Of a stretch of 64,000 nt of DNA, positions 10,901 through 26,000 are shown in pieces (the first letter of the stretch is position 1; the number at the start of each line of letters is the position of its first letter). The notes below the pieces were generated by a model. That model saw only the letters and a list, made by a program, of their open reading frames with translations. It was not told where the DNA came from and ran no database searches. Made by a program: the position numbers and the translations under genes. The stretch is from NCBI GenBank assembly GCA_964057225.1, contig OZ059899.1, positions 4,588,001 to 4,652,000 on the forward strand, given 5' to 3'. The stretch is from Auanema rhodensis (Eukaryota; Animalia; Nematoda).

Positions 10901-13900
10901 TGTCAAAATGTTTTTGGAAGCAATGTTGAGTGTACATGGAAACTCAACATACACTAATGCATCATTTTTCAAACGATCATAACTGATTTTTGTATCAAGC
11001 GTTTCTCAATGTAGTATAGTGCATTCGATGCGGATTTTTAAGCTGCGTCGATCTGTGTTATCAGATTTGCGCTAGCTTAAAAATGCACCGAGATATCAAC
11101 TGATATAAGTTCACACTTATATCCTCGATTTTCACCCTGAAGAATCAATTTTTTCATTGAATAACATTGTCCATCGTCTTTGCCTTGAAAAAAGAAATCT
11201 AAAAACATCTACTTTTTGCTAAATTATTTTGAAATTTTTCGAAAAAATTTTTGTCAAAATCTTTTTGGAAGCAATGTTGAGTGTACATGGAAACTCAACA
11301 TACAGTAATGCATCATTTTTCAAACGATCATAACTGATTTTTGTATCAAGCGTTTCTCAATGTAGTATAGTGCATTCGATGCGGATTTTTAAGCTGCGTC
11401 GATCTGTGTTATCAGATTTGCGCTAGCTTAAAAATGCACCGAGATATCAACTGATATATGTTCACACTTATATCCTCGATTTTCACCCTGAAGAATTAAT
11501 TTTTTCGTTGAATAACATTGTCCATCGTCTTTGCCTTGAAAAAAGGAATCTAGAAGCATCTACTTTTTGCTAAATTATTTTGAAATTTTTCGAAAAAATT
11601 TTTGTCAAAATGTTTTTGGAAGCAATGTTGAGTGTACATGGAAACTCAACATACACTAATGCATCATTTTTCAAACGATCATAACTGATTTTTGTATTAA
11701 GCGTTTCTCAATGTAGTATAGTGCATTCGATGCGGATTTTTAAGCTGCGTCGATCTGTGTTATCAGATTTGCGCTAGCTTGAAAATGCACCGAGATATCA
11801 ACTGATATAAGTTCACACTTATATCCTCGATTTTCACCCTGAAGAATCAATTTTTTCGTTGAATAACATTGTCCATCGTCTTTGCCTTGAAAAAAGAAAT
11901 CTAAAAACATCTACTTTTTGCTAAATTATCTTGAAATTTTTCGAAAAAATTTTTGTCAAAATGTTTTTGGAAGCAATGTTGAGTGTACATGGAAACTCAA
12001 CATACACTAATGCATCATTTTTCAAACGATCATAACTGATTTTTGTATTAAGCGTTTCTCAATGTAGTATAGTGCATTCGATGCGGATTTTTAAGCTGCG
12101 TCGATCTGTGTTATCAGATTTGCGCTAGCTTAAAAATGCACCGAGATATCAACTGATATATGTTCACACTTATATCCTCGATTTTCACCCTGAAGAATCA
12201 ATTTTTTCATTGAATAACATTGTCCATCGTCTTTGCCTTGAAAAAAGAAATCTAAAAACATCTACTTTTTGCTAAATTATTTTGAAATTTTTTGAAAAAA
12301 TTTTTGTCAAAATGTTTTTGGAAGCAATGTTGAGTGTACATGGAAACTCAACATACACTAATGCATCATTTTTCAAACGATCATAACTGATTTTTGTATT
12401 AAGCGTTTCTCAATGTAGTATAGTGCATTCGATGCGGATTTTTAAGCTGCGTCGATCTGTGTTATCAGATTTGCGCTAGCTTAAAAATGCACCGAGATAT
12501 CAACTGATATATGTTCACACTTATATCCTCGATTTTCACCCTGAAGAATCAATTTTTTCATTGAATAACATTGTCCATCGTCTTTGCCTTGAAAAAAGAA
12601 ATCTAAAAACATCTACTTTTTGCTAAATTATTTTGAAATTTTTTGAAAAAATTTTTGTCAAAATGTTTTTGGAAGCAATGTTGAGTGTACATGGAAACTC
12701 AACATACACTAATGCATCATTTTGCAAACGATCATAACTAATTTTTGTATTAAGCGTTTCTCAATGTAGTATAGTGCATTCGATGCGGATTTTTAAGCTG
12801 CGTCGATCTGTGTTATCAGATTTGCGCTAGCTTAAAAATGCACCGAGATATCAACTGATATAAGTTCACACTTATATCTTCGATTTTCACCCTGAAGAAT
12901 TAATTTTTTCGTTGAATAACATTGTCCATCGTCTTCGCCTTGAAAAAAGGAATCTAGAAGCATCTACTTTTTGCTAAATTATTTTGAAATTTTTCGAAAA
13001 AATTTTTGTCAAAATGTTTTTGGAAGCAATGTTGAGTGTACATGGAAACTCAACATACACTAATGCATCATTTTTCAAACGATCATAACTGATTTTTGTA
13101 TTAAGCGTTTCTCAATGTAGTATAGTGCATTCGATGCGGATTTTTAAGCTGCGTCGATCTGTGTTATCAGATTTGCGCTAGCTTAAAAATGCACCGAGAT
13201 ATCAACTGATATATGTTCACACTTATATCCTCGATTTTCACCCTGAAGAATCAATTTTTTCATTGAATAACATTGTCCATCGTCTTCGCCTTGAAAAAAG
13301 GAATCTAGAAGCATCTACTTTTTGCTAAATTATTTTGAAATTTTTCGAAAAAATTTTTGTCAAAATGTTTTTGGAAGCAATGTTGAGTGTACATGGAAAC
13401 TCAACATACACTAATGCATCATTTTTCAAACGATCATAACTGATTTTTGTATTAAGCGTTTCTCAATGTAGTATAGTGCATTCGATGCGGATTTTTAAGC
13501 TGCGTCGATCTGTGTTATCAGATTTGCGCTAGCTTAAAAATGCACCGAGATATCAACTGATATAAGTTCACACATATATCCTCGATTTTCACCCTGAAGA
13601 ATCAATTTTTTCGTTGAATAACATTGTCCATCGTCTTTGCCTTGAAAAAAGAAATCTAAAAACATCTACTTTTTGCTAAATTATTTTGAAATTTTTCGAA
13701 AAAATTTTTGTCAAAATGTTTTTGGAAGCAATGTTGAGTGTACATGGAAACTCAACATACACTAATGCATCATTTTTCAAACGATCATAACTGATTTTTG
13801 TATTAAGCGTTTCTCAATGTAGTATAGTGCATTCGATGCGGATTTTTAAGCTGCGTCGATCTGTGTTATCAGATTTGCGCTAGCTTAAAAATGCACCGAG

Positions 13901-16900
13901 ATATCAACTGATATATGTTCACACTTATATCCTCGATTTTCACCCTGAAGAATCAATTTTTTCATTGAATAACATTGTCCATCGTCTTTGCCTTGAAAAA
14001 AGAAATCTAAAAACATCTACTTTTTGCTAAATTATTTTGAAATTTTTCGAAAAAATTTTTGTCAAAATGTTTTTGGAAGCAATGTTGAGTGTACATGGAA
14101 ACTCAACATACACTAATGCATCATTTTTCAAACGATCATAACTGATTTTTGTATTAAGCGTTTCTCAATGTAGTATAGTGCATTCGATGCGGATTTTTAA
14201 GCTGCGTCGATCTGTGTTATCAGATTTGCGCTAGCTTAAAAATGCACCGAGATATCAACTGATATAAGTTCACACTTATATCCTCGATTTTCACCCTGAA
14301 GAATCAATTTTTTCATTGAATAACATTGTCCATCGTCTTTGCCTTGAAAAAAGAAATCTAAAAACATCTACTTTTTGCTAAATTATTTTGAAATTTTTCG
14401 AAAAAATTTTTGTCAAAATGTTTTTGGAAGCAATGTTGAGTGTACATGGAAACTCAACATACACTAATGCATCATTTTTCAAACGATCATAACTGATTTT
14501 TGTATCAAGCGTTTCTCAATGTAGTATAGTGCATTCGATGCGGATTTTTAAGCTGCGTCGATCTGTGTTATCAGATTTGCGCTAGCTTAAAAATGCACCG
14601 AGATATCAACTGATATATGTTCACACTTATATCCTCGATTTTCACCCTGAAGAATTAATTTTTTCGTTGAATAACATTGTCCATCGTCTTTGCCTTGAAA
14701 AAAGGAATCTAGAAGCATCTACTTTTTGCTAAATTATTTTGAAATTTTTCGAAAAAATTTTTGTCAAAATGTTTTTGGAAGCAATGTTGAGTGTACATGG
14801 AAACTCAACATACACTAATGCATCATTTTTCAAACGATCATAACTGATTTTTGTATTAAGCGTTTCTCAATGTAGTATAGTGCATTCGATGCGGATTTTT
14901 AAGCTGCGTCGATCTGTGTTATCAGATTTGCGCTAGCTTAAAAATGCACCGAGATATCAACTGATATAAGTTCACACTTATATCCTCGATTTTCACCCTG
15001 AAGAATCAATTTTATCGTTGAATAACATTGTCCATCGTCTTTGCCTTGAAAAAAGAAATCTAAAAACATCTACTTTTTGCTAAATTATTTTGAAATTTTT
15101 CGAAAAAATTTTTGTCTAAATGTTTTTGGAAGCAATGTTGAGTGTACATGGAAACTCAACATACACTAATGCATCATTTTTCAAACGATCATAACTAATT
15201 TTTGTATTAAGCGTTTCTCAATGTAGTATAGTGCATTCGATGCGGATTTTTAAGCTGCGTCGATCTGTGTTATCAGATTTGCGCTAGCTTAAAAATGCAC
15301 CGAGATATCAACTGATATAAGTTCACACATATATCCTCGATGTTCACCCTGAAGAATCAATTTTTTCGTTGAATAACATTGTCCATCGTCTTTGCCTTGA
15401 AAAAAGAAATCTAAAAACATCTACTTTTTGCTAAATTATTTTGAAATTTTTCGAAAAAATTTTTGTCAAAATGTTTTTGGAAGCAATGTTGAGTGTACAT
15501 GGAAACTCAACATACACTAATGCATCATTTTTCAAACGATCATAACTGATTTTTGTATTAAGCGTTTCTCAATGTAGTATAGTGCATTCGATGCGGATTT
15601 TTAAGCTGCGTCGATCTGTGTTATCAGATTTGCGCTAGCTTAAAAATGCACCGAGATATCAACTGATATAAGTTCACACTTATATCCTCGATTTTCACCC
15701 TGAAGAATCAATTTTTTCATTGAATAACATTGTCCATCGTCTTTGCCTTGAAAAAAGAAATCTAAAAACATCTACTTTTTGCTAAATTATCTTGAAATTT
15801 TTCGAAAAAATTTTTGTCAAAATGTTTTTGGAAGCAATGTTGAGTGTACATGGAAACTCAACATACACTAATGCATCATTTTTCAAACGATCATAACTGA
15901 TTTTTGTATTAAGCGTTTCTCAATGTAGTATAGTGCATTCGATGCGGATTTTTAAGCTGCGTCGATCTGTGTTATCAGATTTGCGCTAGCTTAAAAATGC
16001 ACCGAGATATCAACTGATATAAGTTCACACTTATATCCTCGATTTTCACCCTGAAGAATCAATTTTATCGTTGAATAACATTGTCCATCGTCTTTGCCTT
16101 GAAAAAAGAAATCTAAAAACATCTACTTTTTGCTAAATTATTTTGAAATTTTTCGAAAAAATTTTTGTCTAAATGTTTTTGGAAGCAATGTTGAGTGTAC
16201 ATGGAAACTCAACATACACTAATGCATCATTTTTCAAACGATCATAACTGATTTTTGTATTAAGCGTTTCTCAATGTAGTATAGTGCATTCGATGCGGAT
16301 TTTTAAGCTGCGTCGATCTGTGTTATCAGATTTGCGCTAGCTTAAAAATGCACCGAGATATCAACTGATATATGTTCACACTTATATCCTCGATTTTCAC
16401 CCTGAAGAATTAATTTTTTCGTTGAATAACATTGTCCATCGTCTTTGCCTTGAAAAAAGGAATCTAGAAGCATCTACTTTTTGCTAAATTATTTTGAAAT
16501 TTTTCGAAAAAATTTTTGTCAAAATGTTTTTGGAAGCAATGTTGAGTGTACATGGAAACTCAACATACACTAATGCATCATTTTTCAAACGATCATAACT
16601 GATTTTTGTATCAAGCGTTTCTCAATGTAGTATAGTGCATTCGATGCGGATTTTTAAGCTGCGTCGATCTGTGTTATCAGATTTGCGCTAGCTTAAAAAT
16701 GCACCGAGATATCAACTGATATAAGTTCACACTTATATCCTCGATTTTCACCCTGAAGAATCAATTTTATCGTTGAATAACATTGTCCATCGTCTTTGCC
16801 TTGAAAAAAGAAATCTAAAAACATCTACTTTTTGCTAAATTATTTTGAAATTTTTCGAAAAAATTTTTGTCAAAATGTTTTTGGAAGCAATGTTGAGTGT

Positions 16901-19900
16901 ACATGGAAACTCAACATACACTAATGCATCATTTTTCAAACGATCATAACTGATTTTTGTATCAAGCGTTTCTCAATGTAGTATAGTGCATTCGATGCGG
17001 ATTTTTAAGCTGCGTCGATCTGTGTTATCAGATTTGCGCTAGCTTAAAAATGCACCGAGATATCAACTGATATAAGTTCACACTTATATCCTCGATTTTC
17101 ACCCTGAAGAATCAATTTTTTCATTGAATAACATTGTCCATCGTCTTTGCCTTGAAAAAAGAAATCTAAAAACATCTACTTTTTGCTAAATTATCTTGAA
17201 ATTTTTCGAAAAAATTTTTGTCAAAATGTTTTTGGAAGCAATGTTGAGTGTACATGGAAACTCAACATACACTAATGCATTCATTTTTCAAACGATCATA
17301 ACTGATTTTTGTATCAAGCGTTTCTCAATGTAGTATAGTGCATTCGATGCGGATTTTTAAGCTGCGTCGATCTGTGTTATCAGATTTGCGCTAGCTTAAA
17401 AATGCACCGAGATATCAACTGATATAAGTTCACACTTATATCCTCGATTTTCACCCTGAAGAATCAATTTTATCGTTGAATAACATTGTCCATCGTCTTT
17501 GCCTTGAAAAAAGAAATCTAAAAACATCTACTTTTTGCTAAATTATTTTGAAATTTTTCGAAAAAATTTTTGTCAAAATGTTTTTGGAAGCAATGTTGAG
17601 TGTACATGGAAACTCAACATACACTAATGCATCATTTTTCAAACGATCATAACTGATTTTTGTATCAAGCGTTTCTCAATGTAGTATAGTGCATTCGATG
17701 CGGATTTTTAAGCTGCGTCGATCTGTGTTATCAGATTTGCGCTAGCTTAAAAATGCACCGAGATATCAACTGATATAAGTTCACACTTATATCCTCGATT
17801 TTCACCCTGAAGAATCAATTTTTTCATTGAATAACATTGTCCATCGTCTTTGCCTTGAAAAAAGAAATCTAAAAACATCTACTTTTTGCTAAATTATCTT
17901 GAAATTTTTCGAAAAAATTTTTGTCAAAATGTTTTTGGAAGCAATGTTGAGTGTACATGGAAACTCAACATACACTAATGCATCATTTTTCAAACGATCA
18001 TAACTGATTTTTGTATCAAGCGTTTCTCAATGTAGTATAGTGCATTCGATGCGGATTTTTAAGCTGCGTCGATCTGTGTTATCAGATTTGCGCTAGCTTA
18101 AAAATGCACCGAGATATCAACTGATATATGTTCACACTTATATCCTCGATTTTCACCCTGAAGAATTAATTTTTTCGTTGAATAACATTGTCCATCGTCT
18201 TTGCCTTGAAAAAAGGAATCTAGAAGCATCTACTTTTTGCTAAATTATCTTGAAATTTTTCGAAAAAATTTTTGTCAAAATGTTTTTGGAAGCAATGTTG
18301 AGTGTACATGGAAACTCAACATACACTAATGCATTCATTTTTCAAACGATCATAACTGATTTTTGTATCAAGCGTTTCTCAATGTAGTATAGTGCATTCG
18401 ATGCGGATTTTTAAGCTGCGTCGATCTGTGTTATCAGATTTGCGCTAGCTTAAAAATGCACCGAGATATCAACTGATATAAGTTCACACTTATATCCTCG
18501 ATTTTCACCCTGAAGAATCAATTTTATCGTTGAATAACATTGTCCATCGTCTTTGCCTTGAAAAAAGAAATCTAAAAACATCTACTTTTTGCTAAATTAT
18601 TTTGAAATTTTTCGAAAAAATTTTTGTCAAAATGTTTTTGGAAGCAATGTTGAGTGTACATGGAAACTCAACATACACTAATGCATCATTTTTCAAACGA
18701 TCATAACTGATTTTTGTATCAAGCGTTTCTCAATGTAGTATAGTGCATTCGATGCGGATTTTTAAGCTGCGTCGATCTGTGTTATCAGATTTGCGCTAGC
18801 TTAAAAATGCACCGAGATATCAACTGATATAAGTTCACACTTATATCCTCGATTTTCACCCTGAAGAATCAATTTTTTCATTGAATAACATTGTCCATCG
18901 TCTTTGCCTTGAAAAAAGAAATCTAAAAACATCTACTTTTTGCTAAATTATCTTGAAATTTTTCGAAAAAATTTTTGTCAAAATGTTTTTGGAAGCAATG
19001 TTGAGTGTACATGGAAACTCAACATACACTAATGCATCATTTTTCAAACGATCATAACTGATTTTTGTATCAAGCGTTTCTCAATGTAGTATAGTGCATT
19101 CGATGCGGATTTTTAAGCTGCGTCGATCTGTGTTATCAGATTTGCGCTAGCTTAAAAATGCACCGAGATATCAACTGATATATGTTCACACTTATATCCT
19201 CGATTTTCACCCTGAAGAATTAATTTTTTCGTTGAATAACATTGTCCATCGTATTTGCCTTGAAAAAAGAAATCTAAAAACATCTACTTTTTGCTAAATT
19301 ATTTTGAAATTTTTCGAAAAAATTTTTGTCAAAATGTTTTTGGAAGCAATGTTGAGTGTACATGGAAACTCAACATACACTAATGCATCATTTTTCAAAC
19401 GATCATAACTGATTTTTGTATCAAGCGTTTCTCAATGTAGTATAGTGCATTCGATGCGGATTTTTAAGCTGCGTCGATCTGTGTTATCAGATTTGCGCTA
19501 GCTTAAAAATGCACCGAGATATCAACTGATATAAGTTCACACTTATATCCTCGATTTTTACCCTGAAGAATCAATTTTTTCATTGAATAACATTGTCCAT
19601 CGTCTTTGCCTTGAAAAAAGAAATCTAAAAACATCTACTTTTTGCTAAATTATCTTGAAATTTTTCGAAAAAATTTTTGTCAAAATGTTTTTGGAAGCAA
19701 TGTTGAGTGTACATGGAAACTCAACATACACTAATGCATCATTTTTCAAACGATCATAACTGATTTTTGTATTAAGCGTTTCTCAATGTAGTATAGTGCA
19801 TTCGATGCGGATTTTTAAGCTGCGTCGATCTGTGTTATCAGATTTGCGCTAGCTTAAAAATGCACCGAGATATCAACTGATATAAGTTCACACTTATATC

Positions 19901-20014
19901 CTCGATTTTCACCCTGAAGAATCAATTTTTTCATTGAATAACATTGTCCATCGTCTTTGCCTTGAAAAAAGAAATCTAAAAACATCTACTTTTTGCTAAA
20001 TTATCTTGAAATTT

Positions 20015-23000
20015 TTCGAAAAAATTTTTGTCAAAATGTTTTTGGAAGCAATGTTGAGTGTACATGGAAACTCAACATACACTAATGCATCATTTTTCAA
20101 ACGATCATAACTGATTTTTGTATCAAGCGTTTCTCAATGTAGTATAGTGCATTCGATGCGGATTTTTAAGCTGCGTCGATCTGTGTTATCAGATTTGCGC
20201 TAGCTTAAAAATGCACCGAGATATCAACTGATATAAGTTCACACTTATATCCTCGATTTTCACCCTGAAGAATCAATTTTATCGTTGAATAACATTGTCC
20301 ATCGTCTTTGCCTTGAAAAAAGAAATCTAAAAACATCTACTTTTTGCTAAATTATTTTGAAATTTTTCGAAAAAATTTTTGTCAAAATGTTTTTGGAAGC
20401 AATGTTGAGTGTACATGGAAACTCAACATACACTAATGCATCATTTTTCAAACGATCATAACTAATTTTTGTATTAAGCGTTTCTCAATGTAGTATAGTG
20501 CATTCGATGCGGATTTTTAAGCTGCGTCGATCTGTGTTATCAGATTTGCGCTAGCTTAAAAATGCACCGAGATATCAACTGATATAAGTTCACACTTATA
20601 TTTTCGATTTTCACCCTGAAGAATTAATTTTTTCGTTGAATAACATTGTCCATCGTCTTCGCCTTGAAAAAAGGAATCTAGAAGCATCTACTTTTTGCTA
20701 AATTGTTTTGAAATTTTTCGAAAAAATTTTTGTCAAAATGTTTTTGGAAGCAATGTTGAGTGTACATGGAAACTCAACATACACTAATGCATCATTTTTC
20801 AAACGATCATAACTGATTTTTGTATTAAGCGTTTCTCAATGTAGTATAGTGCATTCGATGCGGAATTTTAAGCTGCGTCGATCTGTGTTATCAGATTTGC
20901 GCTAGCTTAAAAATGCACCGAGATATCAACTGATATAAGTTCACACATATATCCTCGATTTTCACCCTGAAGAATCAATTTTTTCGTTGAATAACATTGT
21001 CCATCGTCTTTGCCTTGAAAAAAGAAATCTAAAAACATCTACTTTTTGCTAAATTATTTTGAAATTTTTCGAAAAAATTTTTGTCAAAATGTTTTTGGAA
21101 GCAATGTTGAGTGTACATGGAAACTCAACATACACTAATGCATCATTTTTCAAACGATCATAACTGATTTTTGTATTAAGCGTTTCTCAATGTAGTATAG
21201 TGCATTCGATGCGGATTTTTAAGCTGCGTCGATCTGTGTTATCAGATTTGCGCTAGCTTAAAAATGCACCGAGATATCAACTGATATAAGTTCACACTTA
21301 TATTTTCGATTTTCACCCTGAAGAATTAATTTTTTCGTTGAATAACATTGTCCATCGTCTTTGCCTTGAAAAAAGAAATCTAAAAACATCTACTTTTTGC
21401 TAAATTATTTTGAAATTTTTCGAAAAAATTTTTGTCAAAATGTTTTTGGAAGCAATGTTGAGTGTACATGGAAACTCAACATACACTAATGCATCATTTT
21501 TCAAACGATCATAACTAATTTTTGTATTAAGCGTTTCTCAATGTAGTATAGTGCATTCGATGCGGATTTTTAAGCTGCGTCGATCTGTGTTATCAGATTT
21601 GCGCTAGCTTAAAAATGCACCGAGATATCAACTGATATAAGTTCACACTTATATTTTCGATTTTCACCCTGAAGAATTAATTTTTTCGTTGAATAACATT
21701 GTCCATCGTCTTCGCCTTGAAAAAAGGAATCTAGAAGCATCTACTTTTTGCTAAATTGTTTTGAAATTTTTCGAAAAAATTTTTGTCAAAATGTTTTTGG
21801 AAGCAATGTTGAGTGTACATGGAAACTCAACATACACTAATGCATCATTTTTCAAACGATCATAACTGATTTTTGTATTAAGCGTTTCTCAATGTAGTAT
21901 AGTGCATTCGATGCGGAATTTTAAGCTGCGTCGATCTGTGTTATCAGATTTGCGCTAGCTTAAAAATGCACCGAGATATCAACTGATATAAGTTCACACA
22001 TATATCCTCGATTTTCACCCTGAAGAATCAATTTTTTCGTTGAATAACATTGTCCATCGTCTTTGCCTTGAAAAAAGAAATCTAAAAACATCTACTTTTT
22101 GCTAAATTATTTTGAAATTTTTCGAAAAAATTTTTGTCAAAATGTTTTTGGAAGCAATGTTGAGTGTACATGGAAACTCAACATACACTAATGCATCATT
22201 TTTCAAACGATCATAACTGATTTTTGTATTAAGCGTTTCTCAATGTAGTATAGTGCATTCGATGCGGATTTTTAAGCTGCGTCGATCTGTGTTATCAGAT
22301 TTGCGCTAGCTTAAAAATGCACCGAGATATCAACTGATATAAGTTCACACTTATATCCTCGATTTTCACCCTGAAGAATCAATTTTTTCATTGAATAACA
22401 TTGTCCATCGTCTTTGCCTTGAAAAAAGAAATCTAAAAACATCTACTTTTTGCTAAATTATTTTGAAATTTTTCGAAAACATTTTTGTCAAAATGTTTTT
22501 GGAAGCAATGTTGAGTGTACATGGAAACTCAACATACAATAATGCATCATTTTTCAAACGATCATAACTGATTTTTGTATTAAGCGTTTCTCAATGTAGT
22601 ATAGTGCATTCGATGCGGATTTTTAAGCTGCGTCGATCTGTGTTATCAGATTTGCGCTAGCTTAAAAATGCACCGAGATATCAACTGATATAAGTTCACA
22701 CTTATATCCTCGATTTTCACCCTGAAGAATCAATTTTTTCATTGAATAACATTGTCCATCGTCTTTGCCTTGAAAAAAGAAATCTAAAAACATCTACTTT
22801 TTGCTAAATTATCTTGAAATTTTTCGAAAAAATTTTTGTCAAAATGTTTTTGGAAGCAATGTTGAGTGTACATGGAAACTCAACATACACTAATGCATCA
22901 TTTTTCAAACGATCATAACTGATTTTTGTATCAAGCGTTTCTCAATGTAGTATAGTGCATTCGATGCGGATTTTTAAGCTGCGTCGATCTGTGTTATCAG

Positions 23001-26000
23001 ATTTGCGCTAGCTTAAAAATGCACCGAGATATCAACTGATATAAGTTCACACTTATATCCTCGATTTTCACCCTGAAGAATCAATTTTATCGTTGAATAA
23101 CATTGTCCATCGTCTTTGCCTTGAAAAAAGAAATCTAAAAACATCTACTTTTTGCTAAATTATTTTGAAATTTTTCGAAAAAATTTTTGTCAAAATGTTT
23201 TTGGAAGCAATGTTGAGTGTACATGGAAACTCAACATACACTAATGCATCATTTTTCAAACGATCATAACTAATTTTTGTATTAAGCGTTTCTCAATGTA
23301 GTATAGTGCATTCGATGCGGATTTTTAAGCTGCGTCGATCTGTGTTATCAGATTTGCGCTAGCTTAAAAATGCACCGAGATATCAACTGATATAAGTTCA
23401 CACTTATATTTTCGATTTTCACCCTGAAGAATTAATTTTTTCGTTGAATAACATTGTCCATCGTCTTTGCCTTGAAAAAAGGAATCTAGAAGCATCTACT
23501 TTTTGCTAAATTGTTTTGAAATTTTTCGAAAAAATTTTTGTCAAAATGTTTTTGGAAGCAATGTTGAGTGTACATGGAAACTCAACATACACTAATGCAT
23601 CATTTTTCAAACGATCATAACTGATTTTTGTATTAAGCGTTTCTCAATGTAGTATAGTGCATTCGATGCGGATTTTTAAGCTGCGTCGATCTGTGTTATC
23701 AGATTTGCGCTAGCTTAAAAATGCACCGAGATATCAACTGATATAAGTTCACACATATATCCTCGATTTTCACCCTGAAGAATCAATTTTTTCGTTGAAT
23801 AACATTGTCCATCGTCTTTGCCTTGAAAAAAGAAATCTAAAAACATCTACTTTTTGCTAAATTATTTTGAAATTTTTCGAAAAAATTTTTGTCAAAATGT
23901 TTTTGGAAGCAATGTTGAGTGTACATGGAAACTCAACATACACTAATGCATCATTTTTCAAACGATCATAACTGATTTTTGTATTAAGCGTTTCTCAATG
24001 TAGTATAGTGCATTCGATGCGGATTTTTAAGCTGCGTCGATCTGTGTTATCAGATTTGCGCTAGCTTAAAAATGCACCGAGATATCAACTGATATAAGTT
24101 CACACTTATATCCTCGATTTTCACCCTGAAGAATCAATTTTTTCATTGAATAACATTGTCCATCGTCTTTGCCTTGAAAAAAGAAATCTAAAAACATCTA
24201 CTTTTTGCTAAATTATCTTGAAATTTTTCGAAAAAATTTTTGTCAAAATGTTTTTGGAAGCAATGTTGAGTGTACATGGAAACTCAACATACACTAATGC
24301 ATCATTTTTCAAACGATCATAACTGATTTTTGTATCAAGCGTTTCTCAATGTAGTATAGTGCATTCGATGCGGATTTTTAAGCTGCGTCGATCTGTGTTA
24401 TCAGATTTGCGCTAGCTTAAAAATGCACCGAGATATCAACTGATATAAGTTCACACTTATATCCTCGATTTTCACCCTGAAGAATCAATTTTATCGTTGA
24501 ATAACATTGTCCATCGTCTTTGCCTTGAAAAAAGAAATCTAAAAACATCTACTTTTTGCTAAATTATTTTGAAATTTTTCGAAAAAATTTTTGTCAAAAT
24601 GTTTTTGGAAGCAATGTTGAGTGTACATGGAAACTCAACATACACTAATGCATCATTTTTCAAACGATCATAACTAATTTTTGTATTAAGCGTTTCTCAA
24701 TGTAGTATAGTGCATTCGATGCGGATTTTTAAGCTGCGTCGATCTGTGTTATCAGATTTGCGCTAGCTTAAAAATGCACCGAGATATCAACTGATATAAG
24801 TTCACACTTATATTTTCGATTTTCACCCTGAAGAATTAATTTTTTCGTTGAATAACATTGTCCATCGTCTTCGCCTTGAAAAAAGGAATCTAGAAGCATC
24901 TACTTTTTGCTAAATTGTTTTGAAATTTTTCGAAAAAATTTTTGTCAAAATGTTTTTGGAAGCAATGTTGAGTGTACATGGAAACTCAACATACACTAAT
25001 GCATCATTTTTCAAACGATCATAACTGATTTTTGTATTAAGCGTTTCTCAATGTAGTATAGTGCATTCGATGCGGAATTTTAAGCTGCGTCGATCTGTGT
25101 TATCAGATTTGCGCTAGCTTAAAAATGCACCGAGATATCAACTGATATAAGTTCACACATATATCCTCGATTTTCACCCTGAAGAATCAATTTTTTCGTT
25201 GAATAACATTGTCCATCGTCTTTGCCTTGAAAAAAGAAATCTAAAAACATCTACTTTTTGCTAAATTATTTTGAAATTTTTCGAAAAAATTTTTGTCAAA
25301 ATGTTTTTGGAAGCAATGTTGAGTGTACATGGAAACTCAACATACACTAATGCATCATTTTTCAAACGATCATAACTAATTTTTGTATTAAGCGTTTCTC
25401 AATGTAGTATAGTGCATTCGATGCGGATTTTTAAGCTGCGTCGATCTGTGTTATCAGATTTGCGCTAGCTTAAAAATGCACCGAGATATCAACTGATATA
25501 AGTTCACACTTATATTTTCGATTTTCACCCTGAAGAATTAATTTTTTCGTTGAATAACATTGTCCATCGTCTTCGCCTTGAAAAAAGGAATCTAGAAGCA
25601 TCTACTTTTTGCTAAATTGTTTTGAAATTTTTCGAAAAAATTTTTGTCAAAATGTTTTTGGAAGCAATGTTGAGTGTACATGGAAACTCAACATACACTA
25701 ATGCATCATTTTTCAAACGATCATAACTGATTTTTGTATTAAGCGTTTCTCAATGTAGTATAGTGCATTCGATGCGGAATTTTAAGCTGCGTCGATCTGT
25801 GTTATCAGATTTGCGCTAGCTTAAAAATGCACCGAGATATCAACTGATATAAGTTCACACATATATCCTCGATTTTCACCCTGAAGAATCAATTTTTTCG
25901 TTGAATAACATTGTCCATCGTCTTTGCCTTGAAAAAAGAAATCTAAAAACATCTACTTTTTGCTAAATTATTTTGAAATTTTTCGAAAAAATTTTTGTCA

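Larger units (their letters stand above)
1..12992. repeat. Higher-order repeat domain 1: 8-monomer unit (2809 bp) with 9-, 6-, 2-mer and partial derivatives
   Basis: The same order of eight monomer types occurs at 1-2809 and 9131-11939. A 9-mer with one duplicated monomer lies at 5971-9130, and truncated versions at 3161-5268 and 5269-5970. Marker G24C is at 2131, 8452 and 11261 (last interval 2809 bp). C3T, A193G, the 7-A run and CT at 237-238 are confined to this domain. Confidence 0.85.
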
